Shown here piece after piece: positions 41,457-57,800 of a DNA stretch of 64,000 nt (the stretch's first letter is position 1; each line of letters opens with the position of its first letter). Under the pieces are notes generated by a model that searched no databases, was not told where the DNA came from, and was given only the letters and a program-made list of their open reading frames with translations. The DNA comes from the human T2T-CHM13v2.0 reference genome, Homo sapiens: assembly GCF_009914755.1 (NCBI RefSeq), contig NC_060932.1; one strand, written 5' to 3'. The translations under genes were made by a program, and so were the position numbers.

Positions 41457-42779
41457 AATTTCAAATTGTAAAGAATTATACAAGAGGAATAATTCTTTTT
41501 AAGGTCATAGTGAGGATGGGTTGATTTGTTACCAGATAATTGCTTGAGGTGGCCCAGCCAGACTATTTTTCCCTCTGCTTGGCTGAGGCATTATAAAATG
41601 TATGATGATAATAAATAGAACTGAAGGTAAATGCCCAGTTGTTTTCTGTCATTGTACAATATAGGCCTCTTCCCCATGGTGCAGTATTTCCTTTGGTCTC
41701 TGGAAGACAAAGAGAATTGCTGCAAAACTCTGCAGAAAGACAGCAATTTTTTTTAATTTTTTAATTTTTTAATTTTTATTTTTTACCAGTCCAATTAAAC
41801 TGCTACTTCCTGGCAGGAAAAACACTGTGTCGCGAAAAATCCAATAGTTTTAAGGCGTACCTTCTGCCAAAGGATTCTGTAGATGAAGCTTGAATACACT
41901 CTGATGTGTTTCCTCAGCTCTCATGTAGCAACATACAGCTATTCCCTGAGTATTTGCTACTTTTTAATTGCTTCTTGCCCATTTATATCTTGTTCCTAAA
42001 ATAAGATTTTCAAACTCAAGGAAGATCGCAAAGTCTTATTTTCTCTCTGCTGTAATTATAGATGAAAATCTCCTCATGATACAGGTTTATGATGTGGACA
42101 GTGGTTGTGTTGTTGGTCAATCGAAATTTTAAACTTGTGTGGCTTAAATGTTCAGCAGTTAAAGCTATTTTATTTCCCTAATATTTTCTTTTCAATGGCG
42201 AATGTGTAAGAATACTGAACATAATCTTTCCTAACTTCCCAAAATGAAAACCAACACACCATAATACAAAAGTAAGAGAAATCTGAGGAGGGATTAGGAA
42301 AGAAAGCTTAAATAATTACTTAAAAAACCATGTTCAGTTTAAGGAAACCAGCATATTTTCCCATTCTGTTCACCAACAGTTTCCTCATGAAAGATAATGA
42401 CTAAAAAAGAAATTCAAGTGGCATGAAAGATGAAAAGGCTATCTCACACCTCAGAAACCAGAGCTTGACATAAAGCTGGAAAGCTATGTCTTGTGTAACT
42501 TATTTTTTGAGGTGTCTCCAGTAGTGATATTTTTGTTGCCCAAACACTGTCTTTGCAGAACTACCAGAAAATAATGAACAAGAAAGTTGTGTATACTTAC
42601 ATGCCATCTGACGACTGGGGTGGATATACGTGGCATTTTTTTTGCTTCATGGGAGAAATAATCCCAACAAAAAAGCGTCTGTTGTTAGGGTGGGGAGAAG
42701 AACCCTGGTAACAATGTGTACCAGGAATCATTGCTTTTTATGTGATTTTAAAAATTAGAGTATCAGCAAATTAGGAGCA

Positions 42780-43152
42780 TGTTACAGGCAGAACTTTTTT
42801 CTCCCACATAACTTTTATGCTGAAGCCCTAATCCCCAATGTGACTGTATTTAGAGATTGGACTTTAGGGAAGTAATTAAGATCAAATTCAGTTGTAAGAG
42901 TGTACCAATGTCTTTAAAAGAAGAGGAAGAGGCATTAGAGATCTCTGTGTGTGTGTGCATGCACAGAGACAAGGCCACGGGAGGTCACGATGAGAAGGCA
43001 GGCATCTACAAGTCAGGAAGAAAGCTTAACCAGAAAACAACTTTAATGGCACCGTGAGGGCCGTCTGGTCTCCAGAACTGTGAGAAAATAAATTTCTGCT
43101 CCTTAAGCCACCCAGTCTGTGGTATTTTATTATGGTAGATAGAACAAACAGA
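42780..43152 (+). mobile_element. MLT1A/B-like MaLR LTR
   Basis: tgctgaagccctaatccccaatgtgactgtattt...ctccagaactgtgagaaaataaatttctg..taagccacccagtctgtggtatttt. Confidence 0.8.
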
Positions 43153-43829
43153 GAGGATAAGGAAATATATTTCCTTTTTAAAGAAGAACAACATGGTTTG
43201 AGAACCTGCCACCTACTGAGAATTAGCTGTGCACTGAATCCCAGGTGTAGATCAATGACACTTAATTAAAGATTTCAATATAAGATGGAAAATAGGGAAA
43301 AGGAAGCCCACCAAAGTGCGCAATGCCAAGCACAGAATTTGGCTCATCTTATTTAAGAGGAAAAAAGAAACCATAAGATTGATAAAAAAGCTATTTATAA
43401 AAATATGTTAATATTACATGAACTTCACAGAATGTACCTCTTCAAATAAGTGCTGCAGCATTCAGAAAAAAAATGTTAGAAATACCTATGGAATTCTTAA
43501 TACAATGTTGAAAAATATAGTGCCTCTGGGAAAACAGAGAGGAACAATGAAGATATACATAAAAATAATCAGATAAAATGAGAAAGAAATTTAGATACAT
43601 TTAACATGTGATGCCAGAAATAAAGTCAACAAATTGATGTACTTGATGTTCTAAAAAACTGAACCAGTGTTACACAAAACAAGTTCAGGAAGTTATTCCA
43701 GAGGGTAGAGATAAAAGAAAAATACATAAATAGAATGAAAGTGAAAATAATAACTATAAAAGACAAAGTACAGAAAAAGATAGGGTATAAATAAATGAAA
43801 TAATTATCTTTTAACTTAAGAATATGTTA

Positions 43830-45030
<1,201 letters not shown>

Positions 45031-45206
45031 TAATGTCTAATGTTGTATTAAGGTGTTGCTAGGCCCTTGCTTCCAATGATACTCTGGGTAGAATCTTTCC
45101 TTGCCTCTTCTTTGCTGGGTGGTGGCTGTTAAAACTTGATGTTCCTTGGCTTGCAGCAGCACTACTTCATGACAATTTCTCATTAGAAATGGATCAGAAG
45201 AAGGTG

Positions 45207-45340
45207 GGCTGAGCACAGTAGTGTGTGCCTATAATCCCAGCTACCCCAGAGAGTGAGGCAGGAGGATAGCTTGAGGCCAGGAGGTGAAGGCCAGTTCTGG
45301 CTAGAGCCCCATTTCAAAAAAATAAATAAATAAATAAAAC
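45207..45340 (+). mobile_element. Alu monomer (FLAM/FRAM-like)
   Basis: ggctgagcacagtagtgtgtgcctataatcccagc...cttgaggccaggag...; (AAAT)n tail. Confidence 0.75.
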
Positions 45341-45429
45341 ACAAGAAAAAGGGAGAGAAAAAATGAGAAAGAGGTTGGAAGAAAGTGGCTGAAAGAAAAA
45401 ATAAGAAAGGTTGGAAGAAAGTGGCTGAA

Positions 45430-47270
45430 AGCAAAGAACTCTCAACCCATTTTCTGAATGTAGAATTCTATATTCAGAAAATATTCTTCAAGAATAAGGG
45501 AAAATGATGGCATATTGTGATAAAAACTAAGAGAATTTGTCACGATGAGGGATATTATAAATGAACAGCTAAAGAAAGTTCCTTAAACAGAAATGAAAAT
45601 GATAAATTATGGAATCCTGGAACATCAGAAAATAATAAAAATTAAAGAAACAATAAAATACAATAAGAACTACAATAGAAGTAAATACAGTAGAATTTCC
45701 TTGTCATGTTTTCTAAATTATGTTTAATGGTTGAAGCAAAAATTGAAACATTGTATAATGTGGTTTTCAATTCGTATAGAGAAAATACTTAAGACAATTA
45801 TAAATGAGAGAGGGTGAAAAAAGGTAAGGTTCTATACACATCTTGAACCAGTAAAATGTCGACACATGTAGACTTTGCAAAGTTATGTGTTTATAACCTA
45901 ATGCGTAGAGCAACCAGTTAAAAAAATCTAAACAAAAAGATAGACTGAAAAATACTGTAGTTAATCAGACTAGAAATTTAAAATATATTTACGCAACCTG
46001 TAGGAAACAGGGAAATGAAAACAGAACAATTAAAAAATTAAAACAGAAAATAAAACACACTTAAACCATAGCATATCAATAGTTATATTGAATGCAATTG
46101 ATCTAAATATGCACAGTAAAAGACAGAAAATTACAAGTGGACCTAAAAAATGACCCAAACATATATTGTCTATAAGAAATTCACTTCATATATAATGATA
46201 CTTATATTTGTTCATTTTCATGCTGCTGATAAAGATACCCAAAACTGGAAAGAAAAAGAGGTTTAATGGACTTACAGTTCCACATGGCTGGGGAGGCCTC
46301 ACAATCATAGCAGAAGGCAAGGAGGAGCAAGTCACATCTTACATGGATGGCAGCAAGCAAAGAGAGCTTGTGCAGGGAAACTCCCCTTTTTAAAACCATC
46401 AGATCTCATGGGACCCATTTGCTACCATGAGAGCAGCACAGGCAAGACCTGCCCCCACGATTCAACCACCTCCCACTGGGTCCCTCCTCCTCCCACAACA
46501 TGTGGGAATTCAAGATGAGATTTGGGTGGGGACACAGCCAAACCACATCAACACTTGTAGGTTGACAGTTTAAAAGCAAATAAACAAACACACATCAAAA
46601 CAGCTAACAAAAGTGACAATATCAATCATTGGCAAAGTGCAGAGATACTGAATCTTTTATTTATTGCAGGAGGGATGTAAAATTGTACAACTACTCTGAA
46701 TAATAGTATAGCCATTTCTTTTAAAAACTAAATTATGTACTTACCATGCAACACATCAGTTCAACTCCTGGATATTTATCCAAAAGAAAGAAAAACCTAT
46801 GACCACAAAAAAACCTGTACATAATTGCTCAAAGCATCTTCATTTGTAATAGGCAAGAACTGAAAACAACCAAAATGTCCTTCAATATGTAAATGGTTAA
46901 ATAAACTGTGTTGTATTTGTAGCATAGAATATTACCCAGCAATGAAAAGGAATAGATTATTAATACATACAACAACTTGGATGAAACTCAAAGGCATTAG
47001 AATGAGTGAAAGAAAATTTCAAACAGTCTCCTACCATATAATAGTAATCATATAACATTCATGAAATGACAAGGTCATAGAAATGGAGAACAAATTAGTG
47101 GTTGGCAGTGATTAAGGATAATTGGGAGGGGAGTGAGTGTGAGTTTAAAGCAATTCTCAAGGAACATCTTTGTGATGATATAATTATGTGTATCTTAATT
47201 ACAGTAGGTGGACACAGGGATGCTTTCATGTGACAAATAAAACAGCTATATGCACACATTATGCCAAAAG
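45430..47270 (+). mobile_element. Old L1M (ORF1 end/ORF2 start and 3' end), interrupted by THE1
   Basis: tagaattctatattcag..aaatattcttcaagaataaggg; gacccaaacatatattgtctataagaaattcac; acatacaacaacttggatgaaactc. Confidence 0.65.
46203..46550 (-). mobile_element. THE1B-like solo LTR
   Basis: catgctgctgataaagataccc...gggacacagccaaaccacatca; TSD atact/acact. Confidence 0.92.
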
Positions 47271-48594
47271 AAAAAAAGCCAAAACCTTAAGTACTATGGC
47301 GTATTTTTTCTTTAAGCACAACTTCATTGTTTTGGTAGGACTACATTTCATTGTAACTGTTGAAAACTTAGCATCTCAGCTGAATTTTCTAACATGGTAT
47401 AAAAATAAAAAAATATAAAAACCTTAAAGAAACCTGAATGTGAATATAAAAGAGGACAAACTTATTCTAGAGAGAGATGATGTATGATGTTAGTTTAGCA
47501 ATTTAAATTCCTAAACAATTTAAAGCTGGGTTTAAAATTTCCAGCTTATACTAAGGAAGATATATACATGGACCTATATGTGCAAATACATACATATCTA
47601 CAGGAGACAGACTGTTTAAGTTAGCCTTATTTTTTTCATTGTTCTTTAAGTGTCCTAATTGACTTCAATACATATTAATTACTATTGAAATTTAAATAAA
47701 ATAAAAAGGGAAGAATATTTCTGCTTTTGAAAAATTATACATTATTCAATAAAGTAGATATTTTATAATACTTTGACAGGTTTTATTGTTTGTGTATCAC
47801 AAAACATGTAAATGGGTAAATAATAGGAAATTATTAGGTTCTAAATATTAAATATAGTTAAAAGTTATATAATTTTGCAGTGTATATTCAGTTTGAGGCA
47901 AATGTTTTTAAATGAATACTAACATTACTAGTCATTTACTTGGTTATTTTGAGCAAGGGAAAAGCAGGTCATTGTTATAAGTTAACAGCTCATAGTTGAA
48001 ATTATGTACTGGGGGACTAAGCTTCATTATTATTCAAATGAAATTATATAAAACACAAAGAAGTTAAGTAACATTGTTTTCTTCCTAAGAACTTAAAAAC
48101 TACATAGCAGAAAGGTATCTTATGAATTCATCCTCCTCACTTAAAGTGCAATCACGATCACAATCTTCTCTGAGTCTACGTTAACTTTTGTGATAAAATA
48201 TTGCAAAGAGGTTATGCCATCTTTTATCAGCTTCTGAAATAATGCCATTAAACATTGTCTTTATAGTTTACTTTTCTTTGGCAATATAAATAGCATTACA
48301 TAAAAGTAGATTGCTTTCCTCTTTGAACTCAAGTTCTGTTTCTTTTTTTGTAAGTCCCAGAACTACCTGCTGTGTCTTGAATATCTGTTTTTTTCAAATA
48401 TGTGTTTTTTTCAACTGTTACGTTAGTAGGTTACGTTAGTAAAAACAACTTTCATGATGTGTTAAAGTATTCATTCTAAAATAATTATGTGTTTCTGTAG
48501 GTTGCTAAAGAAACAAACCAAATCAAACAAAGAAAGTGGGGAAGGGAGTTTAGACGCAAGAATGAAAACAGTTTTTATCATGATGTCAGTTTAA

Positions 48595-49049
48595 ATAAAG
48601 AATGCATCTTTTACATTAAATTTGTCTTCTACAGCAGCTCCCTAGAAATCTGAGCATGAGCAAAAGAAAACAAAATTATGTGTTTCCTTACTCACATATG
48701 GCTTCTAACATTGTTCTACTTTAAATATTAATTTTACCTAATTAGTCCTTGCCTCAAGAACATACAATAAAAATAAATCATCCTAGTGACAAATCCAAGT
48801 TATGTTTTGTGTTTGTTTTGCAATTATTAAGTTAAATATTATATTGGCATATTTTGAAACAACTACTTGGGTAGCTGCTACTATTATTTTCTCATTACTT
48901 CTCATTTTTTCAGTTTTAAATGGAAGCTGTAACAAATTATGCCCAAACTTTTACATGCAAATTTTTATTTTTTATTTTAATAGACTATATTATAGAGCAG
49001 TTTTAAGTTCACAGCAAAATTGAGTAGAAGGTACAGAGATGTTCCATAT
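48595..49049 (-). repeat. Left arm of a ~455-bp inverted duplication
   Basis: Reverse complement of 50435-50886, with about 17 substitutions and 2 indels by manual alignment. Confidence 0.95.
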
Positions 49050-49594
49050 GGTTGCAGTGGTTTAAAAAACCATTGAGGTGTTTTTTAATAAAGAACAGTT
49101 ACTGTGGTTGGCCCAGTGCCTTTCAATTAATTTGCCACAGAAACTCCTTTTAAATGAGAAAACATTCACCTAAACGTAATAGAAAAAGTATTGAAGATAC
49201 TCTAAAAGAGTAATTATAAATATTTCTCGGCATTGGGATTGTGAATAACTTAATGGACTTCTTTTTGCTTACCCACATTTTTTATGTATACTGAATATTC
49301 CAAGACTTCTAGTATAAGCATGCATGAATTTAAACCATAATAAGTAAATATCATAAACAAAATGAAAATGTTTATCATGGAAAAGCAGTGCTGTGAACCG
49401 GCGCTGAACTAATTGTCTGAGATGGAGTTAGGATATTCAATAGGATTTGAATATATGCTGATGTGCTCTTACACTAGCATGGAATGAATACAGTTGTGAA
49501 AGGACATAACAGCAACATGGATGAGTAGTAGGAGACACTAATTAGGAAGAAAATGTGAGAACAAATTTTAGAGGCTCTTAAGAACCTGGATTTT

Positions 49595-50522
49595 GACAAT
49601 GCGATTCCAATCAAAATCCCAGCAAGTTATTTTGTAGATATAAAAAAACTGATCGTAAAGTTCATGCAGAAAAGCAAAATACCTCGAATGGCTAACACAG
49701 TACTGATGCAAAAGAACATATTTGGAGAACTGATACTATCCGACATCAAGTCTTACTGCAGACATTTTAGAAGATAATTTAGTAATTTCTTACAAAATTA
49801 TAAATTCTTACCATACAGTTCGGTAATCATGCTCCTTGGTATTTACCTAAAGGAGTTGGAAACTTACATCCACGCAAAAATCTGCACATGGATGTTTATG
49901 GCTTTATTCATAAATGCCAAAACATTGAAGGCACTCAAGATGTCTTTCTATAAGCAAATGGACAAATAAACTTGTTCATCCACACAAGGGAATATGATTG
50001 AGTCCTAAAAAGAAATGCACTATCAAACCATGAGAAAGACATAGAGAAATCCAAAGTTCATATTGCTAAGTAACAGAAGCCAATATAAAAGGCTACATAC
50101 TATACGATTTCAAATATATGACATTCTAGAAAAGGCAAAACTATGAAGACAGTAAAAGATCAGTGGTTACTGGATGTGTGAGAGGGGTGGGAAGGATGAA
50201 CAGGCAGAACTCAGATGATTTTGGGGGCAGTGAAACTACACTGTATGCTATTGTGATAGTGGACACATGTCATCATATAATTTGTCCAAACCCATAGAAT
50301 ATACAACACTGAAAGTGAACCCTAATGTGAACTATGAATTTTGAGTGATAATGATGAGTCAATGTAGGTTCAATTTTAAGAATTGTACCACTGTGGTGGG
50401 GGATGATGGCTATATATGTGTGGGGGTAGGGGTTATATGGAACATTTCTGTACCTTCTACTCAATTTTGCTGTGAACTTAAAACTGCTCTATAATATAGT
50501 CTATTAAAATAAAAAATAAAAA
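49595..50522 (+). mobile_element. L1MC1-like 3' fragment
   Basis: ccaatcaaaatcccagcaag..; aacccatagaatatacaacac..gaaccctaatgtgaactatg..; aattttgctgtgaacttaaaactgctct..ctattaaaataaa. Confidence 0.8.
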
Positions 50523-50886
50523 TTTGCATGAAAAAGTTTGGACATAATTTGTTACAGCTTCCATTTAAAACTGAAAAAGTGAGAAGTAATGAGAAAATAA
50601 AAGTAGCAGCTGCCTAAGTAGTTGTTCCAAAAATATGCCAATACAATATTTAACTTAATAATTGCAAAACAAACACAAAACATAACTTGGATTTGTCACT
50701 CGGATGATATATTTTTATTGTACATTCTTGAGGCAAGGACTAATTAGGTGAAATTAGTATTTAAAGTAGAACAATGGTAGAAGCCATATGTAAGGAAACA
50801 CATAATTTTGTTTTCTTTTGCTCATGCTCAGATTTCTAGGGAGTTGCTGTAGAAGACAAATTTAATGTAAAAGATGCATTCTTTAT
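50435..50886 (+). repeat. Right arm of the inverted duplication (last ~85 bp of L1MC plus ~365 bp of downstream flank)
   Basis: Matches the reverse complement of the left arm. Confidence 0.95.
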
Positions 50887-51192
50887 ATTCTTCCTGTCAA
50901 AGGCATGAATTAGCTTTTTGATTATACATTGCTCTAATTCTATCAAGCCAATGCAATTTGAGTTAATATTAAATAAAATATTACATTTCTCTTTTGATTA
51001 ACTTTGAATTTTCCATGTGCTTTTTTCAGTACATGCATTTTTACTTTTTAATCTTCTTTTTCTTTGTTATTCTTGCATAATATAGGGTCATTTTGCTTAG
51101 GTATGCAGTACGGGGTTTCACCAATGGCGTTGTAAAAGGAGGGACATTTATTAAAATGTTCCTTTATCTAAGATTGTAATTTTTTTTATTAA

Positions 51193-51542
<350 letters not shown>

Positions 51543-52546
51543 CTTAGGTTTTATTTTTATATTTTATATTTCACAACATATCTAATCTCATTATAAATGC
51601 TTTCTGATGCTATAATTATGCTTATTTGTGTTAAACAATAGGTATTTATTGCTAAAAGATGCACATAAAATCATAATTCATAAGCTATAAAAAATGGCCC
51701 CATAGACATTTATGAACACTCTGAAATGGATATTAATGTTGACATGTGTATTTATTATAAGTACTAAATTTTCTTGGTATCCTTTGATACATTTACATAT
51801 ATTTTCCCTCAATATTTGAGTTGGTGTTATTTTCATTATTTCCCTATATTCTCTTCTCTGCTTTCTGGTTTTGTATTTTACTGCCCTTTTACAGGTGTCT
51901 AATCTATATAGCCAAGGAGTCAAGCTACTGAGAATTTCCTTGAAGCAGGAAATCTGTCTACGAGCTGAAAAAATGTTCAATGTCCTCTGTACCAGAAGAC
52001 ACTCACGGTTCATTATTGATATGAGTACCGGCAAATATTCATGTTCATCACAGAAAAGATGCAATAATTCTTGCTTCAATCACTATCTTCACTATCTCTA
52101 CATTTATAATTATTTCAGTGTCCATCATCCTTAAGTAGCATGAAAAAGTCATCTTCCATGTCTTACGTAACATCAGAAAGCACACAGTCTTTAACTTGAT
52201 GCTTCAAAGGTTATCAGTGTAATTCTACTTGTGACTGTGAAAAAAAAAAAAGAAAAAATGATTAAGATGATAACTTTGTGTAAATGTAGTCAATAATTTT
52301 CTAAGACCACTTGTTTAATGTAACCTAAAAATGGTGCTCCTGTCATGTTTTTGTCATACTTATTTGAGATTTTTGTAAAACTTTTTATCGAGAAATAAAC
52401 AATTTTTTATAAGAACTTAAGAGTGGTTGAATTAGTACAATTTTAATTATTGAGCAGCAATATATTTTTCAATAAAATTATTTTAACTTATTTATATAAT
52501 TTTTTCTTGGAGTTAGAATTTATTAAAGCATATGATGCCATGTATC

Positions 52547-53515
52547 TTTTTTTTATACTTTAAATTTTAGGGTACATGTGCACAAAGTGCAGGTTAGTTA
52601 CATATGTATACGTGTGCCATGTTGGTGTGCTGCACCCATTAACTCGTCATGTAACATTAGGTATATCTCCTAATGCTATCCCTCCCCCCTCCCCCCACCC
52701 CACAACAGGCCCCAGTGTGTGATGTTCCCCTTCCTGTGTCCCTGTGTTCTCATTGTTCAATTCCCACCTATGAGTGAGAACATGCAGTGTTTGGTTTTCT
52801 GTCCTTGCGATAGTTTGCTGAGAATGGTGGTTTCCAGCTTCATCCATGTCCCTACAAATGACATGAACTCATCATTTTTTATGGCTGCATAGTATTCCAT
52901 GGTGTATATGTGCCACATTTTCTTAATCCAGTCTATCATTGTTTGACATTTGGCTTGGTTCCAAGTCTTTGCTATTGTGAATAGTGCCACAGTAAACATA
53001 CGTGTGCATGTGTCTTTATAGCAGCATGATTTATAATCCTTTGGGTATATACCCAGTAATGGGATGGCTGGGTCAAATGATATTTCTAGTTCCAGATCCC
53101 TGAGGAATCGCCACACTGTCTTCCACGATGTTTGAACTAGTTTACAGTCCCACCAACAGTGTAAAAGTGTTCCTATTTCTCCACATCCTCTCCAGCACCT
53201 GTTGTTTCCTGACTTTTTAATGATTGCCATTCTAACTGGTGTGAGATGGTATCTCATTGTGGTTTTGATTTGCAGTTCTCTGATGGCCAGTGATGATGAG
53301 CATTTTTTCATGTGTCTTTTGGCTGCATAAATGTCTTCTATTGAGAAGTGTCTGTTCATATCCTTCGCCCACTTTTTGATGGAGTTGTTTGTTTTTTGTT
53401 GTAAATTTGTTTGAATTCATTGTAGATGCTGGATATTAGCCCTTTGTCAGATGAGTAGATTGCAAAAATTTTCTCCCACTCTGTAGGTTGCCTGTTCACT
53501 CTGATGGTAGTTTCT
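52547..53515 (-). mobile_element. L1PA4-like 5'-truncated element (~970 bp) with ORF2 C-terminus
   Basis: ORF 52757-53359 ([19 protein letters not shown]..., L1 ORF2 Cys-rich domain); 3' UTR; TSD gtatctttt. Confidence 0.96.
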
Positions 53516-53896
53516 AGGTATCTTTTAAGGAGCCCTTTAAAATTATCAATTGATACGAATTATTAAATATTGAAAATGTGTCTGATGATTGTATCTATAT
53601 ATCTGTCTTATAGGTATTTGACAAATGGTGCATTTTCTTAAGGCAGACTAATTTAGAGAGGAGAGATTAATTTTAATAAAAACAGAATACAAACTATTTC
53701 AAGAAAATTGTCACCGATTTTCATGCTAGTGTTCCAATCTGAAAATTATCTATACACCTTTTTGTTCACTACAGTTGAAATTCTTTAAATATTACTAAAG
53801 TATTCTGAGAATTTCAATTACTGTTTATTATAGTTGAGATCAGTACCAGGCATTATTTCTATGGCTTTCAAGAGATTTCAACAACAAGATGCTACT

Positions 53897-54090
53897 ATCT
53901 TAGTCTGTTTGGGCTGCTATAAAAAATGCCATAAACTGGGTGTTTATAAAAAACAGAAATGTCTTTATCACAATTCTGGAGGCTAGGAAGTCCAAGATCA
54001 AGCAGCAGGCAGATTTGGTGTCTGGCAAGAACCCACTTTCGGGTTCATAGGTGGCGTCTTCTGTCTGTAACCTTACACAGCAGGAGAGGA
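53897..54090 (-). mobile_element. MLT1A/MST-like LTR fragment
   Basis: cttagtctgtttgggctgctataa...ttctggaggctaggaagtccaagatcaag. Confidence 0.75.
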
Positions 54091-54374
54091 CTTAGTTCAT
54101 TCTACTGTTATGACTCCTATATACTCTCTTACATTATCCACACTGATCCTCTCTGGCCATCAACCACATTAAACTTTCCTAAGTTAGACTCCACTAATCT
54201 ATATTAAGTAAACAACCGTAATTATTGAATTAGTTCTTCTTGAGAGGGAAGTGGCTACTAATTCATCTCAAAACCTACCTGTGTATTATTGGAGAGATTT
54301 TTAATACCTGGAAGAATATTTTGACTTGTTGGAGAAAACATTTTGAAGAGAGGAGAAAGACTTTTTGAATTCTG

Positions 54375-54810
54375 TGTCTGTTTGTGTCTTCTAGGAAGCA
54401 GATGCCAAGGGGATAGGAGGGAAGAACACTTGTGAAAGATGAAGGGGAAAAGAAGCATGGTGAGTCAAGGAGAAACTTAAGACTTTGATGCAGTTCTGAC
54501 ATATGGTAAGAATACGAGGAAAGATGTAAAATTTGAGTTTCAGAAAGAACCTGGTACCGAGGTGCAGCTCTGAGACTGTATGGCCATGCCAGAAATGGAA
54601 TGCCAAAGATTGCCTTTAGAGGTGCCCCATGTTGGGCAGAAATGGCCAGATCCCAGCAACCTTGCTGTGCTCAGTCATTGCCTGGAAGTGGCTAAGGAAG
54701 AAGGTGCGTTTGACTTGAACTCTGTGGCAGATCCCCAAGGCACTGTGGCTGGAGCCTGTCAGCAAGATATACTCCTTATAGCAGAGTCTCACTTAGCAAG
54801 AGATCTTATA
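54375..54810 (-). mobile_element. LTR40/41-like (ERVL) LTR
   Basis: ggaagcagatgcc..tgatgcagttctgaca..ttgggcagaaatggcc..ctgtgctcagtcattg. Confidence 0.55.
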
Positions 54811-55347
54811 AAATTTGCTGCTGCAAATATTTTGCCTAAAACTCCATACTCAAGTAAAAAGCTACACTGCTGTCCCTGTTTTCATGCACTCAAAGTCACT
54901 TTATTCTGAACCTACACATATTCATCCAGTGTTTTATTTCTAAATATTTGCTATGTTTTGACAAAAGTATATAATTACTTTTATCCTGATTTTTGCTGCA
55001 TTCTTCCTTTTATTTTCATTATATTCCACTGTATACCTCATGTACTTACCTATGTTTGTTCATTATTTAATTACTAAATATATACAGCTAGTTTATTACA
55101 CATGTAAACTGAGTTATTTAGATAGGCAGTATATGCACTTTGTAGAAATTTCAAGTGTACACATACTTTTATCTGTAGTAGGAGACTCAACTTGTGAAGG
55201 GATCCTTCATTAATTATTCCATAAACGTTTACCTTTTTAGCACAGGCTATAATCCCCCTGCTGTACTGCAATGCATGCCTGCTATACCATGACTGTTTTA
55301 TATATGTTAAAACTGAACCAAAATAAGAATCATTTCTTGCATGATTT

Positions 55348-55647
55348 TTTTTTTTTTCAAGACAGAGTCTCATGCTGTCGCCCAGGCTGGAGTGCAGTGG
55401 TGCAATCTCAGCTCACTGCAACCTCTGCCCCCATGGTTCAAAGGATTCTCCTGCCTCAGCCTCCTGAGTAGCTGGGATTATAGGCACCTGCAGCCACACC
55501 TGGCTATTTTTTTTTATTATTATTTTTAGTAGAGATGGGGTTTCACCATGTTGGCCAGGCTGGTCTCAAACTCCTGACCTCTGGTGATCCACCCGCCTTA
55601 GCCTCCTGAAGTGCTAGGATTACAGGCATGAGCCACAGCACCCAGTC
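55348..55647 (-). mobile_element. AluS
   Basis: TSD tcttgc(a/g)tgattt at 55335-55347 and 55648-55660. Confidence 0.95.
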
Positions 55648-56603
55648 TCTTGCGTGATTTCATACATCTTATCTCAAAAAGCACTCTTTGAGGACAACCT
55701 GTCCATGTAGAATAAGCATAACAAAATATAGCATACAAGGGAGTAGTTGGCATGTTTATCTGATAAAAAACCCACCGTATTCCTGTCATTGGACTGCTAG
55801 ATTTGCAGTTTGTGCCTATTAAATTTTCTTTATTCCTGATGGTGATATTTGATTAATGCCATGTGAAAATAGGTGGCCTGTAATATATATCTATTTTTCT
55901 GTTCTAGAAAAAAATACAAATTTATGATCTGAGTGATGATAAATTAGGCACACAGAATAAAGTGAAATTTGTGCTAAATGGCATGTCTCCTGAAGCACTG
56001 GGTCTTCACATTAACTCTGAGCTAAGAAAAAGCTTCAGTTATTTCTCCTTACTGATCAGCAGGAATTAATGCCGTGAAGATGTGCAGAAGCCTGGAATGT
56101 GATAAAAGGTTCAGTGTGGTTGGCCAGATACCATTCAGGATGGGAGTGCTGGCTGATCAAGGGATATAACCATCTTCCCTTTTATTACTTATTTTCTGTT
56201 TATCCTGCTTATTATATGGCAAGCTTTCTGCAAAAGCTGAGAAAAGTTGTATGTAATGTACAAGACAAGAAGAAAACAGAGGAGAAATACATTGGCGGAC
56301 AGATAGGATCTAAGAAGTGATGCAGAGAGCAGTCTTGACATACAAAAAAATACAGTCACTAGAGAGTGACAGACATAGATAAATTCTGATCAGAGCCTTT
56401 GCCTCTCTGAGTGGCAGAGAATCACCTTCACAGCAACACTCTGCTCACAAACTATTTTTTTCTTTGCTTTATACTTAATAGAGTTGTCTTCTTAATTATA
56501 CATTATAATACATACAAGATGCTTAGAACAGTGTATGGCATATGACAAGCCTTCTAGAAATGTAATCTTCTGTAAAGCACAGTAATGCTAAAAGTATGGC
56601 AAG

Positions 56604-57800
<1,197 letters not shown>

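Noticed and set aside
45372-45431. 24-bp direct repeat with 36-bp period (similar short ones at ~48417-48441 and ~60155-60190)
   Set aside because: Two-copy slippage duplications, not an array and not CRISPR-like.
51830-52134. Polypyrimidine tract plus ttttacag|gt acceptor and an 87-aa ORF
   Set aside because: No recognisable protein or clear donor; the T-rich tract is plausibly antisense old L1.
52757-53359. 200-aa ORF, the longest in the track
   Set aside because: It is the C-terminus of L1 ORF2 in a 5'-truncated copy, not a host gene.
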